Part shown: positions 35,403 through 48,997 of the stretch, piece by piece
How the letters are laid out: each line of letters starts with the position of its first letter
Numbering within the stretch: position 1 is the first letter of the stretch
Assembly: GCA_013265495.1 (NCBI GenBank)
Contig: MU057416.1
Location: forward strand, 1,420,545 to 1,484,544
From: Vicugna vicugna
Lineage: Eukaryota
Length of the DNA stretch: 64,000 nucleotides
Direction: 5' to 3'
Position numbers and translations under genes: made by a program
The notes under the pieces: generated by a model
Told to the model about the DNA's origin: nothing
Database searches by the model: none
Seen by the model: only the letters and a program-made list of their open reading frames with translations

Positions 35403-38400
35403 TCCTGTTCTTCAAAGGCTCTGGACACTGGGCGGAGTAAACACAGCAGACGTGGGTTCCAGGCTCACCGGCATAAGGTCCACAGGAAAAGAGAGAAATT
35501 GGGCAAATGACGACGAGAAAGCACTGTGCTCCACAAGCGAGTGCCCGGGGGCCAGAAGAGCCTCCCGGAGAAAGGGTGCTGGGGGATGAGGACAGTCAGC
35601 CATAACGGGGAGGCAGCGATTCAGAAACGGGCACAGGATGTGGGGAGACCTGGTGATGGAAGGAAGGATGGCACACGCAGGGACCGTCCGGGAGGAGGAG
35701 CGGGCCCGAGGCTGGGCGTGCGGGCCAGACGACCCTGGGTGCCAGTGAAGGCAGCGTGGGCTTGGCCTGGGCACCCCGCGCCGGGCAGGGTGTCAGATGG
35801 GGCCGGCTGGGTCCAGGCACTAGTTGCGCGGCGCGCAGAGGTGGTGCTGGGAGGTGCAGCAGTGGCTCGAGAGGACAGAAGACCTCACCTTCAGATCCTT
35901 TCTGCCGCCTGCCCTCAGCTCGAGGGTGAAACACTCAGCCCCCTACCTTCGAGGGTGACCAGCCTCTGCCGTTGCTCCTCCTGCTGCTGGAAGAACCCGC
36001 CCGCTTCCCCGTCACCATCCGTGCTCGACTGTCTCGACTCCAGGTCCAGCCCCGTGTGTCAGAGAGACTTCCAAGCTGTGACTCGGTTCCAAGTCCAGAA
36101 CCCCCAGCCACCCAAAAAAAACTCTTTGTTGAAAAGATTGTTAAACAAAAGCTTTCTATCTGTAGTCGCCTAAATGTTTCAAATGTAAAATTTCCCCATG
36201 AATTCCTGCAGGACAAGCAGAGATGCGACTGGTAACAGGAGTGGAAAACATCAGCTCTCACAGGCCACAGCTCTTACTCAGCAGTGGCAGGGACGGGTGT
36301 GTCGTCACAGCACGCGTGGACCAGGAAAACGCACCCTTTCAACTGTAGTCAAACAGTGTTCAAACGCAAATAAAAATACACCGGTCACCTTCCTCTCAAA
36401 GAATTTTTACTTAGTATCGGGGGAAATTTTACTTCAGACTGTCAACAGCGCGTATCAAAATGCACAGGCTGCCAAACCGCCCGCAGCCCCACATTCCGGC
36501 CCCACAGCAGCTCCCTGTTCCCCGCTCCCCGCTCAGCCCTGCAGTGGCTCCGCACCCACCTCCCATCACAGGCACTCCTCTGAGGCTGAGCCTTCACACG
36601 CAAGGCTTCGACCAAGAGCAAGTCAAGCTTTTTAAAAAATGATACTTTTAAATTACGGAAGTTGTCAAAAATATCTCTGCCAAATTAAAATGCCTGATTT
36701 CAAAATCTTAGGAAATGTTAAGCTTTGATTTTTCAGTAGCAAGTTAAACATCTGTTGATTCCTTAATCATTATCCTCAAAGTCAGCACATACAAGCTGTC
36801 AGTCACTAACTTTCATGTTATCAACACTCATGTTTGATCCACAATTCTTACCACGTAAAGTTCATAATAAAATAGTAAGAAACTAGTCATTTTTAAATCG
36901 AAAGGAATTTATAAATCACACTCCAATGAATTTGTAGGTCCGATTTGAATTCTGGGGAGGCTCACCTCACTGGCTTCAGTATAAGCCCACCCACCCAATT
37001 CTACTCAAGGACCATTTAGCTCATTTTAGTGCCAGAGCCCAACTCATGACAAATCACCTGCAGGTATCACGGTTTATTGGTGTTGGATCAGAAATCATAG
37101 CCTCTCTGTTTTCCAAGATTTCACATAATTCAGTGCATCTTAGGCTCCCAACAGTACGAGCTGCCACTTACTGAACAGCCCTACAAGGCTGGAGGTGTCC
37201 TCACAGCATCACCACCACCAGTCCCACATTACAGACCCTGGGCTCCCAGGACACGGGGCCTCACAGATGACCTCGTCCCGCCTCCTGATTTCAGATGAGA
37301 AAACTGAAGCCTCGAGACGCCACATCCGGGCCCAGCCACGCAGGGCACGGATGAGCTCTCAGGGCTCTGTAGGAGCCTGGGACTTGTCACAGCACCACCC
37401 CGCAGGGGCGCACTCAAGGAGGCCAGAACCCGCGTAAAGAGCACGCTCTGTATCTCTTCCACCCTGAAATGCTTGGCTGTTACGTGTATAGCACATAAAT
37501 GTATAGCTTGTTCGGTCTTGACTATTTGTTACTCTGCCCAGCAGTCAGGATGCAGTAAACAAAGCAAAAGTAACAGGGAAAAGGTCGCCCTCAAGTCGTT
37601 CCACCTTTGAGGAAATTTCATATAAACGAGTTTACAATAAGCCTGGTCAAAAACAAGAAAGAACTAAACAGGTTTAAAAACCCAAATGGATTCTGACCTG
37701 CAGCTGAAGGCAACGAAGTTAAAAAAAAGTGTCACCAGAAAATGCTGTTCTTCCGTGTGCCAGAGACAGCACACACAGCAGTCGAGAAACCAGGACCTCT
37801 GGAGTCACCAGACCTGGATGCGAGGTCCCTCTGATGAGCCACGTGGCTCTGGACAAGTCCCTGAGCCCCTTGACACCCTCACTACCCAATCCGTGAGGTG
37901 GGGGTGGGCCAGGGGTTCCGTGGAAGGTACTGCAGGAGACACTGCTCACACGTGCTCAGCAGACGCTCCTGCCAATGAGGCTTCTGCTGGACGAAATGCC
38001 ATTGACCTTGATATCCTGAAAAGTCCCTAAGCCCTTCTTCAAAGTTTCAGACCCCAGTATACACCAGGATGACCCCTGGGGACCCCAAGCTCACCATGTC
38101 CACAGATAACCCCTCCTACCGCCCTGCTCAGGGAACACCACGCTCCCCCAGCCGCTTGGCCATGCTGGGACCACAGTTCACCCTGGAGCCCGCGCCACCA
38201 TCAACCCCACACTGGCCACCACATCCCGTGGATTCTGCCTCCCGAGTGCAGGCAAAACCTGGCCCCTCCATTCCCGCCCGGCCTCAGCTCAGGGCTTCAT
38301 CAACGGCTCAGGCCTGTCGTTCCCCAAGTCCTGGCCTCCAAGGACAGGGAGTCTTTTGTGTTCATCTTGGTACCCTTGGGCATGGCAGACAGCGGTCTTG

Positions 38401-39040
38401 TTTAAAAACCAAACTAAGAAGTATTTAAAAAGAAGTATTTGTTTAAAAACCAAACTAAGGTGCAACACTAAATCAAAGAGGAAGGCCCTTCTGTTACACC
38501 ACTCTGCCCCTTTGTAACCTAAGTGTGCGGGCTGTAAGCAGAGCCAGTTTTCACTTGAAAAGCATCTATTCACCGTGGAAGTCTGTGACATTTTAATAAG
38601 CAGAAGTCCTCTATCGCCATGGTGTCTTGTTCAGTGGTGCTCACACTAACCCGACGGCATTTAAAACCATACAACTTACACCACAGTATCATAGAATATG
38701 CCAAGTTTCTGTGAGAGGGCAATTTAAAGTAATAAACACTTAAATTAATTAATTAATTAATAAAGTAATAAATAAAGTAATAAAGTAATAAACACTGTTC
38801 ACTTCTATAGGAAATGAGACTTACGGTATTGTAAATTGCTCTTGAAACTCACCTGGTCACACACTGAGGGTTTTGCCTCCTGTTCTCAGGGTGATGCCCT
38901 AAGTGCTGTGCCTTGATCGGCAACGTGCCACAGCAGGGCTCCCTTCACAGACACCCATCATGACAACAGACAGTTCTTTAAAAAGGAAATGATACACATG
39001 TTCACCCAGAACAAGAAAGCCAATAACCGAGTGTCCTTAC

Positions 39041-39141
39041 CTCCTTCTAGAAAATGAAGAAACTGGTACATCCGTAATGTCAGGTTCCCACTCGTCTGCA
39101 GGGTCACAAAAGACATCTTCACTCCTGTTACTACCGTAACT
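39041..39141 (-). CDS. KIF14: KIF14 exon ~22: SYGSNRSEDVFCDPADEWEPDITDVPVSSFSRR
   Basis: 101 bp, cag/gtaagg splice sites. Confidence 0.93.
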
Positions 39142-40494
39142 CTGAGAAACACAAAACACATAGTTTCTATTAATTATGGGTTTAAAATGTTTAGCAACCA
39201 AGGAAAAAAGTTTAAATACTTCGTCTCATTTATAAAATCAGCAAAGTTACAGGTTATCTGATAAGCCTGAAAGAACCACATTCCTAATAAAAGCTTAAGA
39301 ATCACATGACACTGGGAAATCGTAAGAGTCTAAGAAGCACAGCAGAGCTCACTCGATAATTTAGAAGTAACAAAACTGGGATTTAGAAGACATAATAAAA
39401 ACAAAGAATAGGCTCCTCAGGAGAGGAGTAAAAGAGTAATCTGACAACATTAAGATTCAATCACTTCCTGGTTGAGTATTACTGATCCTGACAGTAATTT
39501 ATATTTTAATCTAAATATTGAAAGCCACCAATTAAAGTTCTAGCAAAATACTATATAGAGCTTGATTCAGAAACATGTAATTATACGTAAAAATAAGTAA
39601 AGCACATCGCAACCAACAGTTGAGAGCAGAATGTAAGGTGATAAATGAGGGCAACTGATCTACCAGGTTCTAACACGTAAGTCAGGCAAGAATTAAATGA
39701 CCTCAGCACAGTTTTCTGTTGTTCTAATTACACAAGCAATTCACATTCATTGTAGAAAACCTGGAAAGTATTAATACAGACAAACACAAAGGAAAAAAAG
39801 GTAAACCCGTCACAAACCCGGCAGGCAGAGGTGGACACCGTCGGCTCTGGTGTGCTTCCACTCGGCCTTTTCGTATTTTCTGCTGCGACCACACCCTCCG
39901 TCCCTGGGGCTAGCCCTGCGCACTCGTGCTGCAAGCGTTCTCCCAGCACAACTGCAGGTCTGACTTTCAAACGTTTCCCTCGGGATTTCCACAGCTCTGC
40001 TCATGTCAGGAGGGTTTTGGAATTCTCTTCTGAACTACCCTTCCAGTTTTTGTGGGTTTTGTTTTGATTTTGACCAGTTATTCAAGCATCATAACCGTGA
40101 CACGTTCTGTTCTTTGCTGTGTTCTAGAGCAGCTTAACCAAACAGGATTTACCTGTTCTCCGGAGGTTCGCAAGTGCTTACCTATGAAACTGACTGGGAT
40201 CAGCATCTTTTTCTTCCAGTTTTTTTTCAGGCTAGTTCACTGACAAAACTTTTCAATTTATTGCCTGGTTGTTCATCTACTAAATTAACTTTCATAATTC
40301 CCCTTTTTCTAGAAAATTTTTTCTTTCTAGAAAATTATCAAACTTAGTAGCATAAAATTTTATCTGTAAGATAATTTTTAAATGTTTTTGTTATCTTTAA
40401 ATTCTATTTCCCATTCCTAAAATCACATATTCATCTTTTAAAAGGGCCAGAGCTTGAATTTAATTCTAATTTACCCATTATTGCTTTTATTTTT

Positions 40495-41605
40495 TAATTG
40501 AAGTATAGTTGACTTATAATGTTGTTCATTTCTGCTGTACAGCAGTGATTCAGTTATAGATATATATTATTTTTCATGTTCTTTTCCATTACTGTTTATT
40601 ATAGGATATTCCCTGTGCTGTACAGTAGAACTTTGTTGTTTATCTATTTTATATATGCTAGCGTGTATCTGTAAATCCTGAACTCCTAATTCATCCCTTC
40701 ACCTCTTTCCTCTTTGGTAACCACAAATTTGTTTTCTATGTCTGTGATCCTCTTTCTGTTTTGTAGATAAGTTCATTTGAATTATATTTTAGATTCCACA
40801 TATAAGTGATATCAGATGGTATTCTTCTTTCTCTGCCTGGCTTACTTCACTTAGTATGACAATCTCCAGGTCCATCCATGTTGCTGTAAATGACATGATT
40901 TCATTCTTTTTTATGGCTGAGTAGTATTCCATTGTATAAATATACCACATCTTCTGTATCCAGTCTGTCGTTGGACATTTAGGTTGTTTCCACGTCTTGG
41001 CTGTTGTAAGTAGTGTTGCTGTGAACATTGGGGTGCTTGTGTCTTTTCGAATCAGATTTCCCTCTGGGTATATGCCCAGGAGTGGGATTGCTGGATCACA
41101 TGGTAGTCTATTTTTAGTCTTTGAAGGAATCTCCGTACTGTTTTCCATACTGACTGCACCAATCTACAGTCCACCAACAGTGTAGGAGGGCTCCCTTTTC
41201 TCCACACCCTCGCCAGCATTTAGTTTGTAGACTTTTTAATGAGGGCCGTTCTGACTGGTGTGAGGTGACACCTCACTGCAGTTGTGACTTGCGTTTCTCT
41301 GGTAAGTAGCCATGTTGAGCATCTCTTCGTGTGCTTATTGGCCATCTGGAAGTCTTCTTTGGAGAAATGTCTATTTAAGTTTTCTGCCCATTTTTTGGTA
41401 GAGTTTTTTTTTTGTTATTGAGTTGTGTGAGCTGTTTGTATATTTTGGAAATTAAGCCCTTGTCAGCGCCTTGCTTGCAAATATTTTCTCCCATTCCCTA
41501 GGCTGTCTTTTCATTTTGTTTATGGCTCTTTGTTGTGAGAAAGCCTGTAAGTCTGATTAGGTTCCACTCACTTAGTTTTGCTCTTACTTCTGTTGCCTGG
41601 GGAGA
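40495..41605 (-). mobile_element. 5'-truncated L1 (~1.1 kb; end of ORF2 plus 3' UTR) in a KIF14 intron
   Basis: ORF 40789..41148 encodes the L1 ORF2 C-terminus (DPAIPLLGIYP...TWKQPKCP...WYIYTMEYYSAIKKNE); TSD tgcttttattttt at 40482-40494 and 41606-41618. Confidence 0.95.
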
Positions 41606-42851
41606 TGCTTTTATTTTTAATGATTCCTTCATTTGCTCTCCTTTGTTTTAGTTTATTATTTCCTAGACTGACTTAACCATTTAGTTTATTTTCATTTTTC
41701 CGTTAAACAATTCAAGCACTAAGGCTGTAATTTGGCAGGTTCTTCAAGTTTTTATATACAATGTCTTCATTCTTGTTATTATTCTAAGTAGCACAGACTA
41801 TAATTCCACACAGTGACATTACTTAATGGTGAGATATCTCACAATTTATGTTGCAACTATTCATTAAATGTTTTAGGGATAATAACATAGTAATATGGAG
41901 AAAAATTAACTTTAGGTTCATTCCCTTCACAATACACCATAACAAATTCTACAATTCAAAGATATAAATGTTAAAAAAAAAAGAATTAGAAGAAAAGACT
42001 CAGAAACGGATACTATTTCTAGACTAATATGTAGCTTCAAATATGCCAAATTAAAAATGCCTGCATAACAAAATGAAACCAAGGAAAAGTCAACATATAA
42101 CCAGGGGAAAAGTGTATAGAATGAATATAAAATAAAGGATCATTATCAAAATATGTTAAGAACCTTATAGACGTTAGCTCATTACCCACACTTCACTTGC
42201 CAAAAACTTCAAAGGACATGCACACATCCTTTACCAACGAGGAAACAGTCAAGCCCCCAGATTCACTAGTTACTAAAACATAAAGTGAAACAAACCAGTA
42301 ACTTTGGTAAAAGGCAGTACTTCCGGCAGGCAAACTGTCAGTGAGCAAAGTCTAACAGAAAATGTATACTTCTGGTACAACTTTAGAAAAGACGGCAAGG
42401 AACTAGGACACTAGGAACTAACGTGTGCAGAGCTGCGCACAACTAGCAGCTGTGACTCTCAGCGCAGCAAACAGTCAGGGACACGCCGCACGGCCCTGAG
42501 GGGGTAAACGTGATCACGTGACAGCGCAGTGCTGGGCACTGGCGGTAACTCACGTGACGCACACTGCCACCTGTCGAAGTCCTTCTTCCCTTACGTTTAA
42601 ATGTAAGATTTTAAAACACAATTGTAACTGAATATATTCAGCACTAAGTTTCTCTATTACAGTCATAACCCTATTAAACCCGTAAAACCCCTTCTGCAGG
42701 CAGCAGGGAAGGAAGTACACATTAGTGTCGGTCGGTTTGGGCAGTGTGGAGCGCCTTTCATTTCACTTGCCAAAGTTTCTTTAATAAGAACATGTCACTT
42801 TTATCCTTTTTACTTCAAAAAGTTTATAGAGATTTTAATAATATTCCAAAC

Positions 42852-42984
42852 CTCGTAAAGTTCTTTCATTGCCGCAAGCTTAGATTCAAACTTTTCCAGA
42901 CTCCAGACAGTTGAGACCCCTAGCTGCAGGTTTCGGACCTGAACACACGTGTCAGAACCACCTCCTTTATCCGGGACAACGTGT
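42852..42984 (-). CDS. KIF14: KIF14 exon ~21: HVVPDKGGGSDTCVQVRNLQLGVSTVWSLEKFESKLAAMKELYE
   Basis: 133 bp, cag/gtttgg splice sites; WSLEKFE..L..M.ELY kinesin-3 tail motif. Confidence 0.94.
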
Positions 42985-43490
42985 CTGAAAGAAAAACCAA
43001 AGGAACCGTGCTTATCCTAAAACACACGCATGCAGTTTTCTGAATCAGAGTAACTCCCGTGAAAATCCAGTCTACTGCTTCAGTCCCCCTGCAGGTACGT
43101 GTTTCTCTTAGAGCGGCACTCATGTCCGGTACATATTACACTGAAATGACTTCTCATATGAAAAGATTTTAATGAAAAATCCTAATGTGTATTTTTTAAA
43201 AATGAAATACTGATAAATTTTCAACTCAAAAGAAAATTAGTAAATTCCAAAAATATCTAAAATTATTCTGTTTATAAAATCTACTAGTGTGTTAATTGCT
43301 GAGAGCCTGGGTCCCTCCAGAGTGAGCCCTGAGCAGGGGCCTGAAGTGTCGATGGGGACTGTGACGCTCGCTCATTCCCAGACCAGCCCTGTAGACCCTG
43401 TGCCTTCAGAGAAGCCAAAAGAAAAAAAATCATATGAAGGTCGACTAGTTTAAAGCAGAGAAGTACTTGACAATTAAGGTAGCTACTCAC

Positions 43491-43584
43491 CTGCCAAAAA
43501 CATAGTTCTTTTCTAACTTCTTGCTGACGGCGTTGGCTTCCTGAATCATCAGGGAGAGTTTCATGGAGCCCCAGTTTGGCTGAA
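43491..43584 (-). CDS. KIF14: KIF14 exon ~20: QPNWGSMKLSLMIQEANAVSKKLEKNYVFG
   Basis: 94 bp, cag/gtgagt splice sites. Confidence 0.94.
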
Positions 43585-45316
43585 CTGGCAGAAAGCACAG
43601 ACAGCAGGCTCAGGACCCACGCACGAACGTGAACACGCACCGCCCGCAGGACAGCTCCGAGAGGAAAAATGATTTCAAGTGAATGGTTGTAACTGCGTAT
43701 CACAGAAGGTAAAGGGGTATCTGAGAAACTTTTCTTCAGCTCCCACTGGTGAAATAAAAGCTGCTTCAAAGAAGAAGACATGGAAGAAAACTGAAGTTCA
43801 CAGAGAAAGGGTAAGACTTTGTAAGAGAGGAAACGCCAAGGACAATGCTTCTCCTTCTAATATTTTTAAAGACTTTCTTTTTTTCCTCTAGTTTCTAATA
43901 TATTCAAAGTATTAGGTCAAGTATACCATAGCCTTAACTTAAATAGAACCACAATCTTTTTTATTTTGCCTGAATTTTTAAAAGAGATAGATAACACAGA
44001 CAGAGATACGTCAGGACATAAAGACAAATCTCAGACCACAATTCCATATCCCTAATTTAAACTTAAGATTTTATCATAAACATTTTCTATATTGTTCAGT
44101 CAAACCTATAACCAGTATTACCTTAAAAATATTTTTTGGAAAGATAAAAGTCATTATTCATATGGATTAAAAAAAATCAAGTATTCATTGCAAGGCACTG
44201 TTTTCGGACCTAAGAGGAATAAAAAGGTATGTTAATCCAATGTACGTATTACCTCTTGCAGCAGATATAAAGAGCAGCAATGGTTTCAAAGTTACACGAA
44301 GTACACAGCACGACTACGCACGTCCTCGCTAAAGCGCTGACCCTGGATGACGGGCGCGTCACAGGCTCCTGGGCAGAGGGACCCGCCAGGCAACAGTGGG
44401 AGATGCAGTCAGCACGACCCAGGATCTGGGAAACTCAACACTAAACCACCTGATTTCACCAATAAATGAGTTACAAGGGGACAGACAGGGAGAGAAGGGA
44501 GAGCGAGTGGACAGACCGAGAGGCACGCCTACCAAACACAGGGTGTGGACCACGTCTGTGCCCTGATTCAAGCAAGCAAATAGATCAACAAATTATGAAA
44601 TAATCCAGGAAATCTGAATACAGACTAGATATTTGATGAGTGTAAGAAATTACTCTATTTTAGGTGTGATAATAACATGAAATTTGTGCTTCAAAGAGTG
44701 ATGGAGAAGAGAGGCCCTAGCTTAGAGGCGCAGAGTGAGCATGCCCGGGCCAGATGGGCGCGTGTCCGGGCTCTGCTCACACGGGCCAGGGAGGCAGGCA
44801 CGGAGGACAGGTGGAAAAGGCTGCACGCGGGTGGGGACTGCTGAGGCTGGACAGGACTGCCTGAGGGTTTACTGCAGTAATATCCCTACTTCTATAGTTT
44901 GCTTTAAATTTTCTATAATTAAAAAAAGTTTACGTGAAAAACTTGCTTTGTTCTACACAGGAACGTAGCAAGTTACCAAAACATAACTTCCAAGTGAGAA
45001 AGAAAACAAAGCACCCAATGATGGTGCACAATTTGGATAATAATTCTCATAAAATGAGATTACGACATTTTAAAAAGCATGATCCACATTAAAATAACAC
45101 TTGGAATTTCGTTTACTATTTGCTTATGTAACTAAATGTTCTAAAAAGTGAATCTTCTAAGAATAATCATTCACACAAATTTATCTAGACTCATGAAAGT
45201 CCCAGCAACATCCAGAAGAAAACGTTTCGAACACACACAGGTAGCTGCCACCTCAGCCGCTGCATGGAGCGCCGCGGGGCCCTAGGAGACGCCTGGGGAG
45301 AGCACCGCGCACTCAC

Positions 45317-45443
45317 TTGTGAGGGGCTTGTCCCTGCTGCTCTGGTTTTGCTGTAGAATCTGTACTTCCTTCGCAATTCTTTGCTTCTCAGTTTCTAAAG
45401 CGTCCAGAATTTTGGCGTGGCGGATCCGGTGGTCTTCTAGAGC
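45317..45443 (-). CDS. KIF14: KIF14 exon ~19: ALEDHRIRHAKILDALETEKQRIAKEVQILQQNQSSRDKPLT
   Basis: 127 bp, cag/gtgagt splice sites. Confidence 0.94.
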
Positions 45444-45571
45444 CTGATTGATGTTCATTCATACAGAGCCACACACAGGAATGTGCAAAGAGAGAAATTG
45501 TGAAAAAGACGGATAATGGTAATACAACATAATCCTCACTTCACAGCACGTTTTACTAAGCGTAAAGGTTT

Positions 45572-45623
45572 TGTTTTTTTTTTTTGCCAGTTGATTTTTT
45601 TTAACATTTTTTATTGATTTATA
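45572..45623 (-). mobile_element. Ultra-short (52 bp) L1 3'-end insertion
   Basis: 17-bp TSD actaagcgtaaaggttt at 45555-45571 and 45624-45640; insert matches the terminal bases of the L1 at 60187-60360. Confidence 0.85.
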
Positions 45624-46763
45624 ACTAAGCGTAAAGGTTTAACCCGTTTTACGTGTTTTAGTAAGCATAAAAGGCTTTTAAAAAATGGTGTATGAAGTAT
45701 TTTTATAAAATGACTTTTTCCCCACAACAAACCCATGAGGAGTTTCTGATGGCACAGATTAACCTTTTCTGTCCCATTAATAAGAGCATAAATACCTTCA
45801 GGGGGAAAAAAGGAAAAAAACTACTCAAAAAAGCACATATTCAAGAACATTTGTTGACTAAAAAGCACATCAAAAAAATCTCATTTGACAATAAGCCTTA
45901 TAATAGCCCACTAATAACAATTGTTCCCAAGATTTAAACAGTTCTGTGTTTCTCTTAGAACTCTCTGAGGTGGCTCGCTGGCCACTCTGCGTCCTGGATC
46001 TGCCAACACGCGCTCGTCCCGTGTCACCAGGGCTCTGGGGTGACTGGGAGCATTTCCTTCACTTGAGAGTGAAGCTTGAAGGCTAAGATGTAAGAAGCCG
46101 AAGCAGAGATTAAAACGGTGGCTCTGCAACCTCGGTCTCCGTCAGAGCCCCTCCAGGACTGGTGAGAACAGAGTCTGGGCCCGAGGCGGCGGTCCTGGAG
46201 TGGCCCGAGGGTCCGCACTGCTCATGGCGGTGCTGGGCCGCTGGGCCGGCAGGGGTTGGAGGACCACTAGCGGAGACAGGAAGGCGGCCGCCGGGTTAAC
46301 CAACGGCCTCTGGTTCCACACTCCTGTCTCCTGACTGGGCTCTGTGAGGAGCTCTGTGAGCCTCTGTTCTCGCCTGAGCCCCCAGGACTGGGGGGACAAG
46401 GCCCGGCCACGAGCTCTCAGGGGCGGCAGACGCAGGCAGACGGGGCGCCCCCCGGCACCGGAGGTGACCAGTGTGAGAGCTGTGCCTTCCTCCCCTCCGC
46501 GCACCTTGCCCCGGTGTCACTTCTCCTTCACGTCCCCCAGCACCGCTGACCACGGAAAAGAGAAAACGTGAATGGACTTGCTGGAAAGCACAGCTGTCCC
46601 TCAGAAGATCAGTGTGATGCTGTGTGAGCACATCTGGGGGCCAGACGGGCTCTCACGTTGGGACCTGGCTTTGGCTGACGCCTGTCAAGATACCGTAAGT
46701 TCTTTACCAAAAAAACCCAGCTTTTCCTCGAAAGAGCTCAAACTAGCAATAAAATGAAGTTAC

Positions 46764-46916
46764 CTGTTTTGTAGCCAAAGCCTCCATCTCTAAGCGCTTT
46801 CTGCTGGCGTGTGCTTCCTGCTCAAAACGCTGCTTTGCCTTTTCTAGTTCCTCAATTTTGTGAGTAGCCTTTTGATTATTTATTTCCTGCATTCTCTTCC
46901 TTTGAGATTCTTCTTT
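46764..46916 (-). CDS. KIF14: KIF14 exon ~18: KEESQRKRMQEINNQKATHKIEELEKAKQRFEQEAHASRKRLEMEALATKQ
   Basis: 153 bp, aag/gtaac splice sites. Confidence 0.93.
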
Positions 46917-47331
46917 CTTTAAAGAACAGTAATAAAAAATGAATAGGGCAAAACACAGAGCAGTTCTTCAAAAATAATACCAAAATATTACAAAAGCCCC
47001 TTTTATCAAACGAACGCACAAGACACTGACTCACTGAAAGAAGAGGTCCCTGCGGCTCCCCCACCGTCCGGGCCACTGACCCACTAAAGACGGCCGCCAG
47101 CCAGACCCTCCGGAACCCCGTCCTGAGGCGGGTTCTGGGGGCGCAGGACAGCCAGCAGGACAGAGCCCCCCCGCTGCCCTCCTCTCCCGGAGTCTCCCCC
47201 CCGCATGCTTCCCAAGAGAAGTCAGACACGCCCGAGCCCTGACACCCCCAGCGTCCCCGCAGAAAGGGAACTTCACGGCCAGCGCGTCACCCGGGGCACC
47301 AGCCGAGGAAGAGAGCGCGGCTGCCTCGCAC

Positions 47332-47479
47332 CAGCTCGGCCTCCAGGGCGCTGATCCTGCTCTCATACGCAGCTTTCTGAGAAGAGAGCTCCTGCTGAGC
47401 CATTTCTTTTACGATCTGGATTCCCTGCATCATTTCTTCCTTTGCTTTCAACTGTGCCTCTTTTATTTCCGCCTCAAGT
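47332..47479 (-). CDS. KIF14: KIF14 exon ~17: LEAEIKEAQLKAKEEMMQGIQIVKEMAQQELSSQKAAYESRISALEAEL
   Basis: 148 bp, cag/gtgcga splice sites. Confidence 0.95.
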
Positions 47480-47959
47480 CTGCAAGGTAGCAAAATGTTT
47501 ACAGGGTACATCGTCAAGAACTCTTCCTAAACTACAACAGCTCTCAGTCATATTAGGGTGTTTTCAATTAAACCAAAGTTCAACTCTTAAAATTTAATTT
47601 CTGATATTCTGTCAACAGTGTTCTTAAATTTTTACTAGCTTTAGAACTGAACACAAAGAAAATATAAAAGAATGAAAATTTGGTTTCTAATTTAGTTACC
47701 ACTACAGATGTCCGATATTTAAGCAAATATGTTTTTTCTACTGCTTAAGTTATATAAAAGTACTTTAACTTATATAAAAATATAAAATATCTATTTATAA
47801 AAATATATGAAAATGATGTTATAGTGAACACTGCAGTAAATATTACAGTTGACGTTACAGTAAACACAAAGTGTGGGTATTTTATGTTAAACTAACAATG
47901 TTTAGAGCAAAAGTTACTTCACATATTAGTATCTTTCAATTCACGGTTAGGTCCCCAGT

Positions 47960-48610
47960 TACAAGTGTCCTGGAATGACTCTAAAAGCCTGACCCACGAG
48001 CTGACAAAGCAGAGACTGACACAGTTCGCAGTCGTCTGCAATCATTCTGTGGGCAGGTAGGGGTCCCCAGAGGCCCTGGGGAGAGAACCAGGCATGGCTT
48101 TCTGATGGAAGAGAAGCCATTTTTGGCCTAAGCCACTCTGGGATCTAAGGCGGGTCCCAACGCCTGCCTAGGACAGCTCTCAGGAGTATGATCTTAGGGG
48201 AACAAGAGGACAACGGTCATCAGACAAGAGAGGTAACAGGACAACACATCAGCTGTGAAGACTCCAGCTCTGCTTCAAGGGGAAAGACTGGCCCGAAGGC
48301 TCAACCCCCAGGTCAGCAGGGACCTCGGGGAGGGGGACGTTGGCCTTCCCTGACCCGCGTGACTTCAGTCTGCTGAAGCCGTGACGCTGCCGACTCCGCC
48401 CCGTGCTGCGCTGAGCTCGGCTCCGGTCAGGTCCCTTCGGGAACATGCAGGTACCCCTGGCTTAGTCCCAGGCCTGCTGAGACGCTCTTTGGGAAAGATC
48501 CCACGTTCTTCCTATTTGCTGCACGTAATAAACTTTCTTTCCTCCATCTTTGGTTTGGTTGTGTTTTGGGTCAACACTCACCAGGAGGCCAACCCAGTTT
48601 TGGGGTAACA
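47960..48610 (+). mobile_element. Solo LTR (ERV1-like), antisense to KIF14; 5' boundary uncertain
   Basis: AATAAA at 48527-48532, U5-like T-rich stretch, terminal ggggtaaca; no TSD found. Confidence 0.6.
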
Positions 48611-48789
48611 AAAGTCAAAACGTGCAATCAGCTTTGTCACCTTTCCACATACAAGAGGAAAAGGGTGGATGATCATAGGAAACTGAAAGCTGCTTTCTTC
48701 TCAACAAGTCAATGCTTTAACAGCTGTAGTGCAAAGAAATTTCCATACCCAATTTTACTGAAAATAGAGTAAGAATATTAAAAGAAAGA

Positions 48790-48997
48790 GGGCCAGGGGC
48801 TAGCAGGGCCCAGGGCCGGGGGAGCAGGAGCCACCGTGCAGCGGTACGGAGGTTGAGTCAGGCGAAGAAAAAGTTCCGGAGATGGAACATGGTGATGGCC
48901 GCACAACAGCGCGAATGTGCTTACCACCACTGGACTGTCGTTTAAAATGGCTAAAAAGGTGAACTTTATGTCAGTACTTTGTACAACTTAAAAAAAA
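48790..48997 (+). mobile_element. L1M 3' end fragment
   Basis: aaagttccggagatgga...ggtgatggccgcacaacagcgcgaatgtgctta...tacaacttaaaaaaaa. Confidence 0.75.

Noticed and set aside
40789..41148. 119-aa ORF as a host gene
   Set aside because: It is the C-terminus of L1 ORF2 in a truncated L1.
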